NCBI GenBank assembly: GCA_965153285.1
Contig: OZ229111.1
Reading direction: 5' to 3' (one strand)
Length of the DNA stretch: 64,000 nucleotides
Origin: Podarcis tiliguerta
Lineage: Eukaryota
In this document: positions 37,916 through 49,770 of the stretch, piece by piece
Position numbering within the stretch: position 1 is the stretch's first letter
Layout of the letters: every line of letters starts with the position of its first letter
Notes under the pieces: model-generated
The model's input: only the letters and a program-made list of their open reading frames with translations
What the model was told of the DNA's origin: nothing
Database searches by the model: none
Program-made: the position numbers and the translations under genes

Positions 37916-38492
37916 AAAGTTCATGTATCTTCCACATCAAATTTTAAATCTATTTATTTGTTATTCATTGGATAGTTTATCTTAGCTTATTTGAATTAGT
38001 TTTTCTTCTGGATTTATGAACTTTCTAGAAAGGATATCTGTATATGTTGTTAACGAGTTAATAGTATTTTAAAAAATAATATAAAAAAAATAGAAGTTAT
38101 ATGGTTTTAGCAAAAGGGTTATTAAGAATTATATGAACATTAAGTGTTAATGTGTTAAATTGGGAAATTGAAAGTTAAATTGTGTTATGATAAATTACAG
38201 ACTAAATTGAAGAAGAGGGAAAGGATTTGTTGAACCAGATAATTTGAACCAGAATACAAAAAAGGGAGGTGCGAGGAAGTCGAGGAAATAAGCTAATGAA
38301 AGATCTGGATACAAAAATTTGGATTTGTGTTTTTGTATTTTTTTTTCTTATGTTGCATTGTTGTATTGTATTTTTTTTCTTTTTTTGTTGTTGATGTATT
38401 GTTTGTTGAATTTGTGTATTGTTTTTCTTTTACTGTTTTTCTTCTATAAGTATAAAATATCTAATAAATTTTTATTAAAAATAATAATAATA
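37916..38492 (+). mobile_element. L1 3' end with an inverted 5' segment (37916-38015)
   Basis: 3' UTR block 38213-38300 is homologous to 21799-21880 of the other L1; AATAAA and (AAT)n tail; see findings for the inversion. Confidence 0.75.
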
Positions 38493-39295
38493 ATGTTGTA
38501 TCTTATTAGGCTTTTTAGAAGCATTTTTCAAAACAAGACTCGAGGCAACACACAGAGCATTTAAAACATGCAGAAATTTAAAAGCAAATCAATGGCCTAC
38601 AACAATTATCATGTAATACTAAAACCACACCACCATATAAAAACAAGCAGAGTCATCAATAGCAACAGTAACCTACTAACAAAATGCTGATAAAAAATTT
38701 GCAGCATTCAGTTGCAATAATTTCTGAAGGACTTGGTTGAGTTTAATATGAAAAATATATGCTATGATCAAACCAAAGTCCAGCACTTTAAAAAGTCCCA
38801 TTGACTTCAGTGGGGAAGTTAATTCCATGCTTCAGACTTTACCACGGAAATCAATGGGACTGAATATGTGGTGTGTACACAACCAGCACAGTGTCAAGAA
38901 GTAGTTCAATGACCAAGTAATCAAACAAAAAAATAGCTGAATGGCTAGTTAAACACCTTTTCATATAGTTAGATGGTAATTAGAATTGATTTATGAACAA
39001 TAGTTCAAACTGCCTAGCCAAACTACTTTTGGTGATGATTGACTACTACAGTTTAATTACTCAGAACAGCAATTACTTTCATTCAGGTGGAAGGGAGCTA
39101 ATATTTAAATTATTCATAATTTATTATCATACTGAAAACTGTGGGTGAAATCCAGTGTTAGTCATGCTCAGAGAAGATCCAATGAAATCAAGTGACTTAA
39201 GTGAGGTCTGCTCTGGGTATAATAATTACTGGATAGCACCTTGTATAACCTTATGTATTAAGAAGAATACAGGCAAACCTACAGGTACCAGCAAA

Positions 39296-39870
39296 GAATC
39301 ATAGAATCATAGAATTTTAGTGTTGGAAGGAACTCTAGGGGGGTCATCTAGTCCAGCCCCCTCCAATGCAGGAATCTCAACTAGATCACACACGAAAGAT
39401 GACCATCTAACCACTGCTAAAATGCCTCTAATGATGGAGATCCACTGTCTCCCAGGGGAGTCTGTTGAACAGTTCTTATTGCGCACCAAGGCACCCGAGC
39501 CACAAAGTTCCCAGGAGAACAATAAATCACACTGACACAGAGTATTTTGGTTTATGGGTTCAAATAGGCTTTATTGGATACAGATGCGAGTGGTTTGGCT
39601 TAGGCATTGGGGTGAAGCCAGGCTATATCTTGACTCCTGCCCATCTGCAGGGAGTCCACTTAAGGGTAAACCGCCGATGGAGGCGCCCTATGACTTACAT
39701 CAAATAGGGACACCCCAAGGGTCCCCATAGTTCAGGCTTCAGACAGGATTCACACCCCAGATCCCTTTAACAGGATACCCTTACTGAGGAGGGGCAGGCG
39801 AAGGCCTCCACTGTTGAACAGCTCATACCATCAGAAAGTTCTCTCTGGTGTTTAATTGAAATCTCCTATC
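39296..39870 (-). mobile_element. CR1 3' end interrupted by a roughly 340-bp LTR-like insert (39473-39810)
   Basis: (GAATCATA)n antisense CR1 tail, TTGGAAGGAACTC...TCTAGTCCAGCCCC; CR1 text resumes at 39811 (CTGTTGAACAGCTC...AGAAAGTTCTC). Confidence 0.8.
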
Positions 39871-40699
39871 TGTATCTACTAAGAAATAAGTCCCATCAAT
39901 ACTGGCCCAGTTGTGCCCATTTCCCCCCAAGGATGGGATGAGAAATCTCCTAATTTAGCATAGTGGGGAGTACATTTTCTTCATGCTTATCTTCACAGGG
40001 TTACTCTCATTCCCATATCCCGAGATATCATACTGAAGATTGGCCCATTGACTGATTGCCTGCCCTGCTCCGTTTGACAATCAGATAATGTTTCCTTTCC
40101 TTTCAGGCTCTAAAAAACAAGTCTTTTTCGTGACATATAAGAACATGATTTGGGTAATAAGAAAGAGCCTTCAAAAGCTTTTTGCACATTCCACTTCAGG
40201 GCTTCTTTTATTCTGTAACAAGTTTCCATTCTTCAGACACCACATTACCAGCCTCACTTAAACAATCCCATTCTGCATTAACAATTATCGGGCTCTTTGC
40301 CTTCGTTAAGAGGAACAGCAAAAAATGAAGGGCAACTTTCCTGGCTGCCTCCACATGCTCGGTTCCTCAGTGGCTCATTTTGTTACATGGAGAGGCCTCC
40401 TGTCTCTGCAGGTACGGTGATTCATAGCTGCTCCAAAAATCTACTCTGAATGGTCTCCATGACACTGCTCATTCTTATCTGCCCCGTCTTGCTGCCCTAT
40501 GGACTTCTTCTAACTTGACAACAAAATGACAAGTGAAACAGCATCATTTGAATTTTCACTCCATTTATCAAAGCCCTATTCAGGCATTTGTTTCTGTCCC
40601 ATGGTGACAGGCCAGCTAGCACAATCCCCTCAGCAAAACACCAGCAATGTCTACCAGCTGATGCAGGATTGACACAATCTGAAAGGAGCTACCTCAACA

Positions 40700-41215
40700 T
40701 ATGTATAGTTTCATCCATGGGATGGATAGGAATCCTGGCTAAGCAGAATGAGGCAATCAGATGCCAGCTAGGAGTGTGGTCAGTGCAAGTGTGTTGGCAG
40801 GAATCTTACATACAATATGCTAGCATTCTGTGCTTTTGCAACAACTGTTGGATGTGTTGGGATACAACTCAGCTTGCGCTGTAGGCTGACATATCTGCAT
40901 GGGAAGAGTAGATACAGAAGAACCTCCAAACCTCCTAGACTATCCCACTTGCGCTGACCTCTTGCTCTTCCTTCAGTGTTAGACTGATACTCTCAGGGTT
41001 GCTAGCTTCTTTTCTACGTCCTGCTTCTTCTTCCTTACCTTGGGAGAGGAAGCATCTTTGTGTGTTTCTCCTGCTGAGATGAAAGAGCAAGTGTGGCTCT
41101 TTGCATCTTAGTTACATAGAACTGGGATCTTATCAAGTATGTGCTTTCTGCAATAAATAAATATGTCTTTTTTCTTTACTAATCACATTCTGATGGTAAA
41201 GTGCTCCTTCAACAG
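40700..41215 (+). mobile_element. Possible degraded LTR
   Basis: LTR-like order: U3-like text, pyrimidine-rich R-like stretch, AATAAA at about 41152, ending near TTCAACA; no TSD found. Confidence 0.35.
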
Positions 41216-42201
41216 GGACTGGATGCTCTGTTCTGTTCAAGTTCTGAAAGCACCAACAATAACCTCACACACAAAAGCAGCAATCTTAATTCATTTTTTC
41301 TATCTTTCAAAGCATATTTCTATACTTTCTCAGGAATGGGGGTTGAGGAAAGATAGACAATGCCTTGAGGAAGAAGAGAGGCTGAATAGTGCTTCCAGGG
41401 CACAAGGGGTGAAACTCTTCTCAACAATTAGCCAAACTAGAATGCATCTAATTTGCACAAGCTATTTAGAGTACAGATCTCAGCCTTACTTGGCATGGTA
41501 AAGGAAATGTGTGTTTGTGTGTGTACCGAACCCGCAGAGGTGGGCATGTATCATTTTGCACAGAAGTTAAAGAAAATGCATTTTCTGGCTCAGTTTTGCA
41601 GGTGGAAAAAAGAATGCACAATTTTCCACAGCCTGATCTTATGTGGTGCTATCGCTCCAAAGAGGTATATCCTGGTAGCATCTCCAGGGCAGCTTGCAGC
41701 ATCTGTAAGCTTTTGTTTAGACAAGTCTTTATAAACATTCTTCACATAACAATGAAAACGTAAAAGAGGCCCAAATGAATGTGTTGCTGTGACTGGTTTG
41801 TGGAACAACCTTGCTAATGTGGCAGCTCGTATAAAATATTTATAACCCACTGAGTACCATCTATTACAGCATGCAGCAGGAGAAGGGGGGAAAAAGAGAA
41901 CAGCAACATCAGCCTAGCATCTGCACACTCACTGGTGTCTGGAGAGAGGGGGATATTTTTAAATCAAGCAGGGATCTAACGTATGCGACTGTCGGGTGAA
42001 TTTCTTCCAGGTGGATGTCAGAGGAAGGGTGTGCAGGCAGGCATGGTTCAAACAAGAAAAGTCTCTCTCTCAAAAAAGTGAGAGACAACAACACCAACGA
42101 AGACAATCCATGCATTGTTGGACTACAACACCCATCATCCCTGACTACTGGGCATCCTGGCTGCGGCTGGTGGGAACTGTAGTCCTCGAGGAGGATGAGC
42201 A

Positions 42202-42438
42202 ATACTTTGGCCACCTCATGAGAAGAGAAGACTCCTTGGAAAAGACCCTGATGTTGGGAAAGATGGAGGGCACAAGGAGAAGGGAACGACAGAGGACGAG
42301 ATGGTTGGACAGTGTTGTCGAAGCTACCAGCATGGGTTTGACCAAACTGCGGGAGGCAGTGGAAGACAAGAGTGCCTGGCATGCTCTGGTCCATGGGGTC
42401 ATGAAGAGTCGGACACGACTAAACGACTAAACAACAAC
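42202..42438 (+). mobile_element. BovB 3' end
   Basis: YFGHLMRREDSLEKTLMLGKMEG...HGVMKSRTRLND; (CAA)n tail; 13-bp TSD AGGAGGATGAGCA; immediately follows a palindromic GGACTACA...TGTAGTCC MITE remnant at about 42115-42186. Confidence 0.95.
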
Positions 42439-43259
42439 AGGAGGATGAGCATCAAGTTGTGATGAGATACAGGAGGCTGGTGGGTGAAGATACATCTCGG
42501 AGGAGGCAGCGATAAAATGAGTATCAGTCCTTGAAACATGAAGCTATGGCTGAGAAATAGGTAAACAGGATAAATTTCAGTTGACTTATGAGTACACAAG
42601 CCATAGGCCAGGGCATAATTCAACCTGCTACGCACATTCTCTGTAATAAAACTACCCGATATTTCAAGCTGCCAGCACACAATACACACAGTCTTCAAAG
42701 GAGCATATAATCAAGAGTCAATCATATTCTTAAATAATCATAAAACAGGCAGCAGCGATCAGATATCCAGCAAGCGAGGTCCGTACACAGAAGCAGCCTT
42801 CGTCACACAGAGCCACTGTGGGGGCTAGCGATGCTCATCTTTGCCCCATTCAACTGACTGAAGGATAAGGGGGTCAACAGACAATGTAAGTTGCACAAAG
42901 GGATTCAAACCGAGGGAGGTATGATGCTTCAGCCGGTACAAAAGGTCAAACCAGTAGAACCAGTATTCAGAATTGAGTGGAACCAGTGAAAGCAAGCCAA
43001 CTCATAGGGAGATTAAGTGAGAGGAATTGGGGATAGCACAATGTATTAACCGAGGCTCCCTAAACCCTTTAATTTTTCCTGTGTATGTAATGGGTTGGGT
43101 TGGGCTTCTAATTGTCCCTTGAAAGGAGACAATGCCACCCCAAAGGGATATTGTATCCCCTAACTTTAAAGCTCATTTCAGGTAATATAATTGTGAGGCG
43201 ATGGGAACTTTATCCCTGTCCTTGTTCGTGATATTTCTGCACCTCCACAGAAGTTCATC

Positions 43260-43726
43260 TAATAATAATAATAATAATAAATTTTATTTATATCCCGCCC
43301 TCCCCAACCAAAGCTGGGCTCAGAGCGGTTAACAACAGTAAAGTAATACAGCATTCTAAAATCAATGCATTATAAAATCAGTTCAAATCAAATTAATGGC
43401 AACCATTGGGCTAGAGTTCTGTGAGCATTACCAAAGGAGGGGGTCAGGCACTGCCTTGGCCAAAGGTCTGGTGGAACAGCTTCTGTCTTGCAGGCCCTGC
43501 AGAAAGGTATCAAGTCCCGCAGGGCCCTAGTCTCTTGTGACAGAGCGTTCCACAGCCGAAAAAGCCCTGGCTCTGGTTGAGGCCAGCCTAACCACTCTGT
43601 GGCCCGGGACCTCCAAGATGTTTTTGTTTGAACACTATAAGGTCCTCCGTGGGACATACCAGGAGAGGCTGTCCCGTAGGTACGAGGGTCCTAGGCCGTA
43701 TAGGGCTTTAAAGGTTAAAACCAGCA
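43260..43726 (-). mobile_element. L2-clade 3' end, same family as 4187-4958
   Basis: Near-colinear with 4195-4666; (TTA)n tail; ATCTA flanking repeat. Confidence 0.9.
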
Positions 43727-46129
43727 ATCTATAGCAAGTGATTTCTAAAATTCTGAATACAATGCAGCAGCAGTTTTAGAAAAAAGAAAAAAATACCTAA
43801 AAATAAAAATGAGCCTTATCTGGAAAGGACCGAAACATTAATTGCAATTATTTCAAGAAATACGGTTGTTTCCACAGTGATACTCACAGCTAATGAGGTG
43901 GAGATAAATTAAGCCCCGGCCTGACAGATCTTTTACAGGGGGAGGAACATCTGGCATTCAAGAGCTACACCAATCAGGTCTCAGATTAATCTCTGCAAAG
44001 CAGCACGTTTCTCCCTTGCTCACTCTCTCGCTCTCCAGTCATGACTGCTGGTTCAGAAAATAGGTTGTTGAGTGAGCCACTGCAGAAATCTTCCTGTCAT
44101 GAAGAACTCATTAGGTCAGCAATAAAGTGATTTATCAAAGTTTTGGATAGCAGCCACCGGCTTTGCCTGTACAACAGATTCAATTGTGATGCTTAAAAGC
44201 AAAAGCTTTACAAATTGCCATTATAATCTCATAAGTATGCCTCCTCCATAGACAGGTTGCTCCTGGCCACTGAAGTGGACCAAGCAATACAATCCTTCTT
44301 GACCTCTATTATGCATTGTCACCCATCCAGATGTGATCCATCAAGCTAAGTATTCATATTTCAAATTCTGATGAAAGGGAGATTGTGCTGGGGGAGTTCC
44401 TACAAGGCAAGAGATACTGAATAGCATATTATTACCTTCTCTCGAATGAACAGCATTGCTATTTTTTTTTGTTTTGTCAAAGGCCTGTAAAGTATTGAGG
44501 AAAGGAACAGAGAAAGCATATAGGGAAAAGCTCAACCACAGGCAAATATTCATTTCATACACATAGAGAGGCTTGTACACAGAGAATATTTGATTTATCC
44601 TTTGCTACAGAAACACTGCATACAGCTCCAATGTCCCATATTCTCCCAAGCTGGCAAGAGATCTGTGTACCTTTAACACATATACATGCATACATACAAA
44701 AAACAAATTATGAAGTGAAGCACATAGCCCATCCTAGGGACTTGCACATGCAGCAGTTCTTAGGATTGGCAAAGGTGATGTGCTCCTTTCCTTGGAAGGA
44801 TAGGTGTTTGATTGACGCATTCATATCCAACATCTCAGGCAGAGCCACAGGATTATTTGTTCCCAAAATGTCAGATCCCCACGGGTCCCAAACCTTGAAA
44901 TCCAGAAGCACTGCATTTGGTTGGTAGCAATTTGCCATAAAAGGGAGCTGCTGATGCCTTATGCCTCTTAAATTCTCCTCTTGCGCACCTGCAAGGCATC
45001 TAGCCAGAAAAAAGTACTGCCACCTGCTACATGATGGGCCCAGGCTGATTGAGCTGTTTCGTCATGACTAGTGGGTTTTCAGGTTTCTACGGAAACTTGC
45101 TTTGCTCTTAAATCTGAACAATTCTTACTTCTTTGTTTAAAGGCTTCTTTAAGTTAAAAGCACTCTTTGTGCAACTGCCATCTATGCCAATTTACTTCCC
45201 CCACCTATTTGGCTGCCTGCTACAGTTCTACACTGCTGTAGGTTCTGTTTTCTTCATTAGACCTTGATAGACACCTCTTGGATCTGAACCTTTAGTCTGA
45301 TAGGACCAGGGCATTAAGAACTTGCAGCTGCACCGACCTTGGTATGTCATCAATGGAGAAAGTGGAGAGCATTTCCAAAAGCCAGCCAATGAACTTCCCA
45401 AGAGTTCCATAGTAGGCACAACCTGGATGACCTTGAAGGACTTTGCCCATGGTCCACCTCACACAGCAGAGTGCCCCTCATGCTTGCCTTTCCTCTGACC
45501 CCCAGGTGAGAAGACAGGAGGGTGGAATGAAATGTCAGAGATGAGCCTCCAAACACATAAATGCTCAAGAGAACCTGAAATTAGTTAGAAACCATCTCAC
45601 CCATCCCAATTGTTTAATGTCAAAGGCTTCAGAGGCATAGATTCAATCAACAATGAAGAGGAAGCCAAGGAGTAAATGAATTAGAAGTCACACCTTGCCT
45701 GCCATTTTTCTTCCTGGGGTGAGACATATCATAAAACATTTACAGTTTCTTTGGTGCTAGCAATCAATGTAAAGTGTCATTTGTATACAGCTCACATCTT
45801 CCCAAACTAGGGGAAGCCCTGAAAAACCTTCCTAATGTCAAGCAGTAATTGCATTTTTATAACATTAATCACCTTTTATCATTACTTTTCAATTTGTTGA
45901 GTCAAATGCCACATTTGCTAGCATTAGGCTTCTGTACTGCCTCTGCATTAATTACACAGACAGATTGAATTTGTTACCATGTTGTTAAGACCCAGCACAT
46001 AAATAAAAATAAGTGGACTTCCTTTCTCAAGGTTCTAATAATAGGTTAGGCCAAGACTCCGATTAGTACTTGTCACATCATCCAAAGAGTATGATGAAAG
46101 CTTCTGGGGCAATGGGGGGAAATGGACTG

Positions 46130-47010
46130 TGAATTCAGAAATTATCCCTGCCACCTGAGGCAGTCCCTGGTGCACTTGAAAGACAAGGGTGGGGCAGTCA
46201 TTACTATAGCAGGGCATCTTGCTGCTTTAGCTCTTTGGTTCCAGGCGTCTGGGGTGAAGAACTTCACTGGTGACTTCTGTGTTAAGAAGACATTAGAAGG
46301 TTGGGACAAGGCGTTCCTGCCTGTCCCTGATGTATGCAGACCTATCGCACCCGATCTCTTAATACTTCTTCTGCCTCAATTCTAGTTCCTTTGTTCTCCT
46401 TTATATGAGGCACAGTTGTTTTCTGCTGTTGCTTTGGTAGCATTTTATGGGCCATTCTGTCCTAGGCATGTTGCTTGATTCTGTCAGAGTCGTGTAGTGT
46501 GGACACTCCATCTTGTTCTGGGTATACAGAACAGCTGCTTCACTGGCCATTGGGATACAGGGATACTGTTTGGCCCAGGCTACTTGTCAGTGGGTGACAA
46601 GGCAGTGGTTGCATTGGGAGGGACTGTTGCCCACCTTTCATTGCCTGGAGGCAACCTTGCCCCCCAATTTCATCATCGACTTGGGTGAGACTGATTTCAT
46701 CCAACAGACCGGAATCAAGATCCTTGCCAGCATGTTGAATCTGGACACAGGGTCCAGGTACGTTATTGGTTTCATTGGTGCTCTTGGAGTGACATGTATG
46801 GAAAGTGGTTGACCACCCCACCAGGGTGGATAGGGGCTACCCCCCTCCGCCCCCCAAAAAAGCCTGGTTAAAGGCTTTATTTTGTCTCACAAGGATCATA
46901 CATTCCACACGGGACAATCCATTCCGAGCTTCCCCGCTTTTACTGGGATGGTGGGTGTCTACTTCTCTCTTATGGGTTGCGGCTTCTTCTTAGAGAGCTC
47001 TTTTTGAGCT
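46130..47010 (+). mobile_element. Degraded Ngaro/DIRS-type tyrosine-recombinase retrotransposon: YR N-terminal half plus SGNH-hydrolase-like ORF remnant
   Basis: TIAGHLAALALW...FTGDFCVKKTLEGW...PDVCRPI...*FLCSPLYEAQLFSAVALVAFYGPFCP (YR up to box I); then CGHSILFWVYRTAA...WEGLLP...IIDLGETD (SGNH blocks I and III, degenerate). Confidence 0.75.
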
Positions 47011-47174
47011 ATTGTTTGTTTTGGGAAGGGGAAAAACACACACATACAAAACAAGAATTTGCATTATTAAACAATCACTCATTGAATTTCTAGATAAAAG
47101 ACTTCCAATTCTCCCCCCCACACACACCTTTCGTTTGTTGTCTTAATATTTTCTTTTTTATTTTTATGTATGTA

Positions 47175-47395
47175 CAGTGGTACCTCGGGTTAAGAACTTA
47201 ATTCGTTCTGCAGGTCCGTTCTTAACCTGAAACTGTTCTTACCACTTTAGCTAATGCGGCCTCGTGCAGCCGTCGCAGGATTTCTGTTCTCATTCTGAAG
47301 CATAGTTCTTAACCCGAGGTACTATTTCAGGGTTAGCAGAGTCTGTAACCTGAAACGTCTGTAACCTGAAGCGTCTGTAACCCGAGGTACCACTG
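47175..47395. mobile_element. pogo/Tigger-like MITE, copy 4
   Basis: TA|CAGTGGTACCTCGGGTTA ... TAACCCGAGGTACCACTG|TA, perfect TIRs. Confidence 0.93.
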
Positions 47396-47717
47396 TATGT
47401 ATATGTATTTGTATTTTAATTCAATAAAGATGTTTTGGGAAGGAGGTGAACTAGCTGGAACTGTTTGCCTCCTGTGGCTGTTAGTCCAGGTGGGAAAAAC
47501 AAGTTAAGAGCTGGCGGGATAGTCACCTGAGGCAGGGGCGGGGTTACTGGGTGTGCATTTAAACTTGGCATGCACACTGACCCAATGGGGCCACAGTGTG
47601 CTTGTCAAGTTCTTATGCCCACGGTGCTCAGAGCAAGTAGGAGGGATTCCTTCCTATCCTTTTTTCTGAGGCCACTGGCAATGCCAATAAACATGCCCAG
47701 GAGTATGGAGGGACTTT

Positions 47718-47947
47718 GGCCACCTCATAAGAAGAGAAGACTTCCTGGAAAAGACCCTGGTGTGGGGAAATATGGAGGGCACAAGGAGAAGGGGATGACA
47801 GAGGATGAGATGGTTGGATAGTGTTCTCGAAGCTACCAACATGAGTTTGACCAAGCTGCAGGAGGCAGTGGAAGACAGGAGTGCCTGGCATGCTCTGGTC
47901 CATGGGGTCACGAAGAGTCGGACACGACTAAACGACTAAACAACAAC
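47718..47947 (+). mobile_element. BovB 3' end
   Basis: Matches 42202-42438; 13-bp TSD ATGGAGGGACTTT. Confidence 0.95.
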
Positions 47948-48179
47948 ATGGAGGGACTTTATCCCTCCAGTAACAGAGAGTCTCCCTGCCCAGACTATGT
48001 TTTGATCTGATTAATCAGGTTACATGTTTTGTAGATCCTCTCAGCTGATATATTTTTAACAAACTATTCTCCAAAGTTGGTGTCCTAATCTTCTTTAAGA
48101 GTGTGATGGCAATATAAGCATACAATAGAGTTACAGCTATGTGAGAACACGCCAGGGAATTTGTAATAATATGAAGAGA

Positions 48180-48605
48180 TAGAACTCTTCATGATCCCAA
48201 TATTTTCAACTAATTTATAGCATTCTCAGTCTTCTAAAAAAAAAAAAACATTATATAATTGTCTAATATTAAGTATGAAATGTCTGACAAAGGTTTACTA
48301 GGAAGGTTTATTATCTGGAATTCATAAGAGATTGCTAAAAAGCACATGGGTCGTAATTTTGAAATAAGATGGGAAAGTGTCTTGGGAACTCAATTATCTG
48401 AAGAAAAATGAGAAAATAACTGCTTCAGCTGTGTTTATGTGTGTAAATGTTTAACGTTCATATTTCAGAGGCATTTCACACCTGAAAGGATAAGAAAAGT
48501 TAGGACCAAAAAGAAAAGAAAATTGTAGGATATATGGCACTGATAAAGCTGATTTTGTGCATATTTTCTGGGATTATCCCAAACTCAAAGTTTATTAGAA
48601 AGATA
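48180..48605 (+). mobile_element. Old L1 ORF2 C-terminal fragment
   Basis: Degenerate GLLSGIHK...RWESVLG...FTPERI...DKADFVHIFWDYPKLKV, the L1 CCHC-knuckle region. Confidence 0.65.
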
Positions 48606-49071
48606 TTTTAGTACCATGGGCTGAGCCACTGATTGCTCCACTCACTAACCCTCTTGCTATTCCCTGACATTAATGCCCTGGAGCTCCACACAAAACTCTG
48701 TTGTTTAAAACATATTTTCCCCCTTTCAATGTCGTTTCCTTTCTCCCTGTACTCAAACCTCTGCTTCTTCCATTTGTCATATGCCACATGTGAGAAAAAT
48801 AAAGGATGTGGGTCCCTCAAACATTCTCTAGTACTTTACTCAAACTTCTGCTGTGGTTTAAACCTACAAATCTACAATTTTCCTCTCAGTTTCCTTCATC
48901 CCTGCTTCACTCAAACTTCTGTCATCATTTTAAACTACCACTTTTCCCCTCTGAGTGTCTCCCTCCCCTTGCCTTCTCATACCCATGGCATGACCAATGC
49001 TCTCGTGCAACCTGCCTACTCTTGTACTCCCCTCCACCACCCTGACTTTGTGTAATTCTAGGATTGTTATG

Positions 49072-49423
49072 GGGCTGCGGGTGGCACTGTGGGTTAAACC
49101 ACAGAGCCTAGGACTTGCAGATCAGAAGGTCGGAGGTTCGAATCCCCACGACGGAGTGAGCTCCAGTTGCTCGGTCCCAGCTCCTGCCAACCTAGCAGTT
49201 TGAAAGCACGTCAAAGTGCAAGTAGATAAATACGTACCGCTCTGGTGGGAAGGTAAACGACGTTTCCATGCGCTACTCTGGTTCACCGGAAGCGGCTTAG
49301 TCATGCTGGCCACATGACCCGGAAGCTGTACACCGGTTCCCTCGGCCAGTAAAATGAGATGAGCGCCACAACCCCAGAGTCGGTCACGACTGGACCTAAT
49401 GGTCAGGGGTCCCTTTACCTTTG
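49072..49423 (+). mobile_element. Sauria SINE (Squam1), full length
   Basis: tRNA-like head with B-box GGTTCGAATCCC; 3' end GGTCAGGGGTCCCTTTACCTTT; 11-bp TSD GGATTGTTATG. Confidence 0.95.
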
Positions 49424-49553
49424 GGATTGTTATGAGGTACTACAAATTCTTAAATGGGGGCTGCACAGTGACAACCTTACATTTTAATGTACATTGAAAG
49501 AAATTAGGTGCTGTTGTTGTTTTTTAAAAAAACACCATGGAAAATTCCAGATA

Positions 49554-49770
49554 CAGTGGTACCTCCAATTGCGAATGGGATCCATTCCGGAGGTCCGGCC
49601 GGATCATAGGTTTTCGCAACCCAGGGATCACTGTTATACGCATGTGCGCAGTGGTAGACCGCTTCGGAGCATACGTGCGTGGCAAAATCCGATCAAATAC
49701 TTCCAGGTTTGCCACTTTCACAACCTGAAGTTTACGTAACCCAAAGGTTGCGTAACCCGAGGTGCTATTG
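49554..49770. mobile_element. pogo/Tigger-like MITE, third family
   Basis: TA|CAGTGGTACCTC ... GAGGTGCTATTG|TA; CpG-rich interior. Confidence 0.8.

Noticed and set aside
41996-42430. 144-aa ORF as a domesticated RT fragment
   Set aside because: Fusion of flanking DNA, a MITE remnant and a BovB tail; non-ATG start and no RT core.
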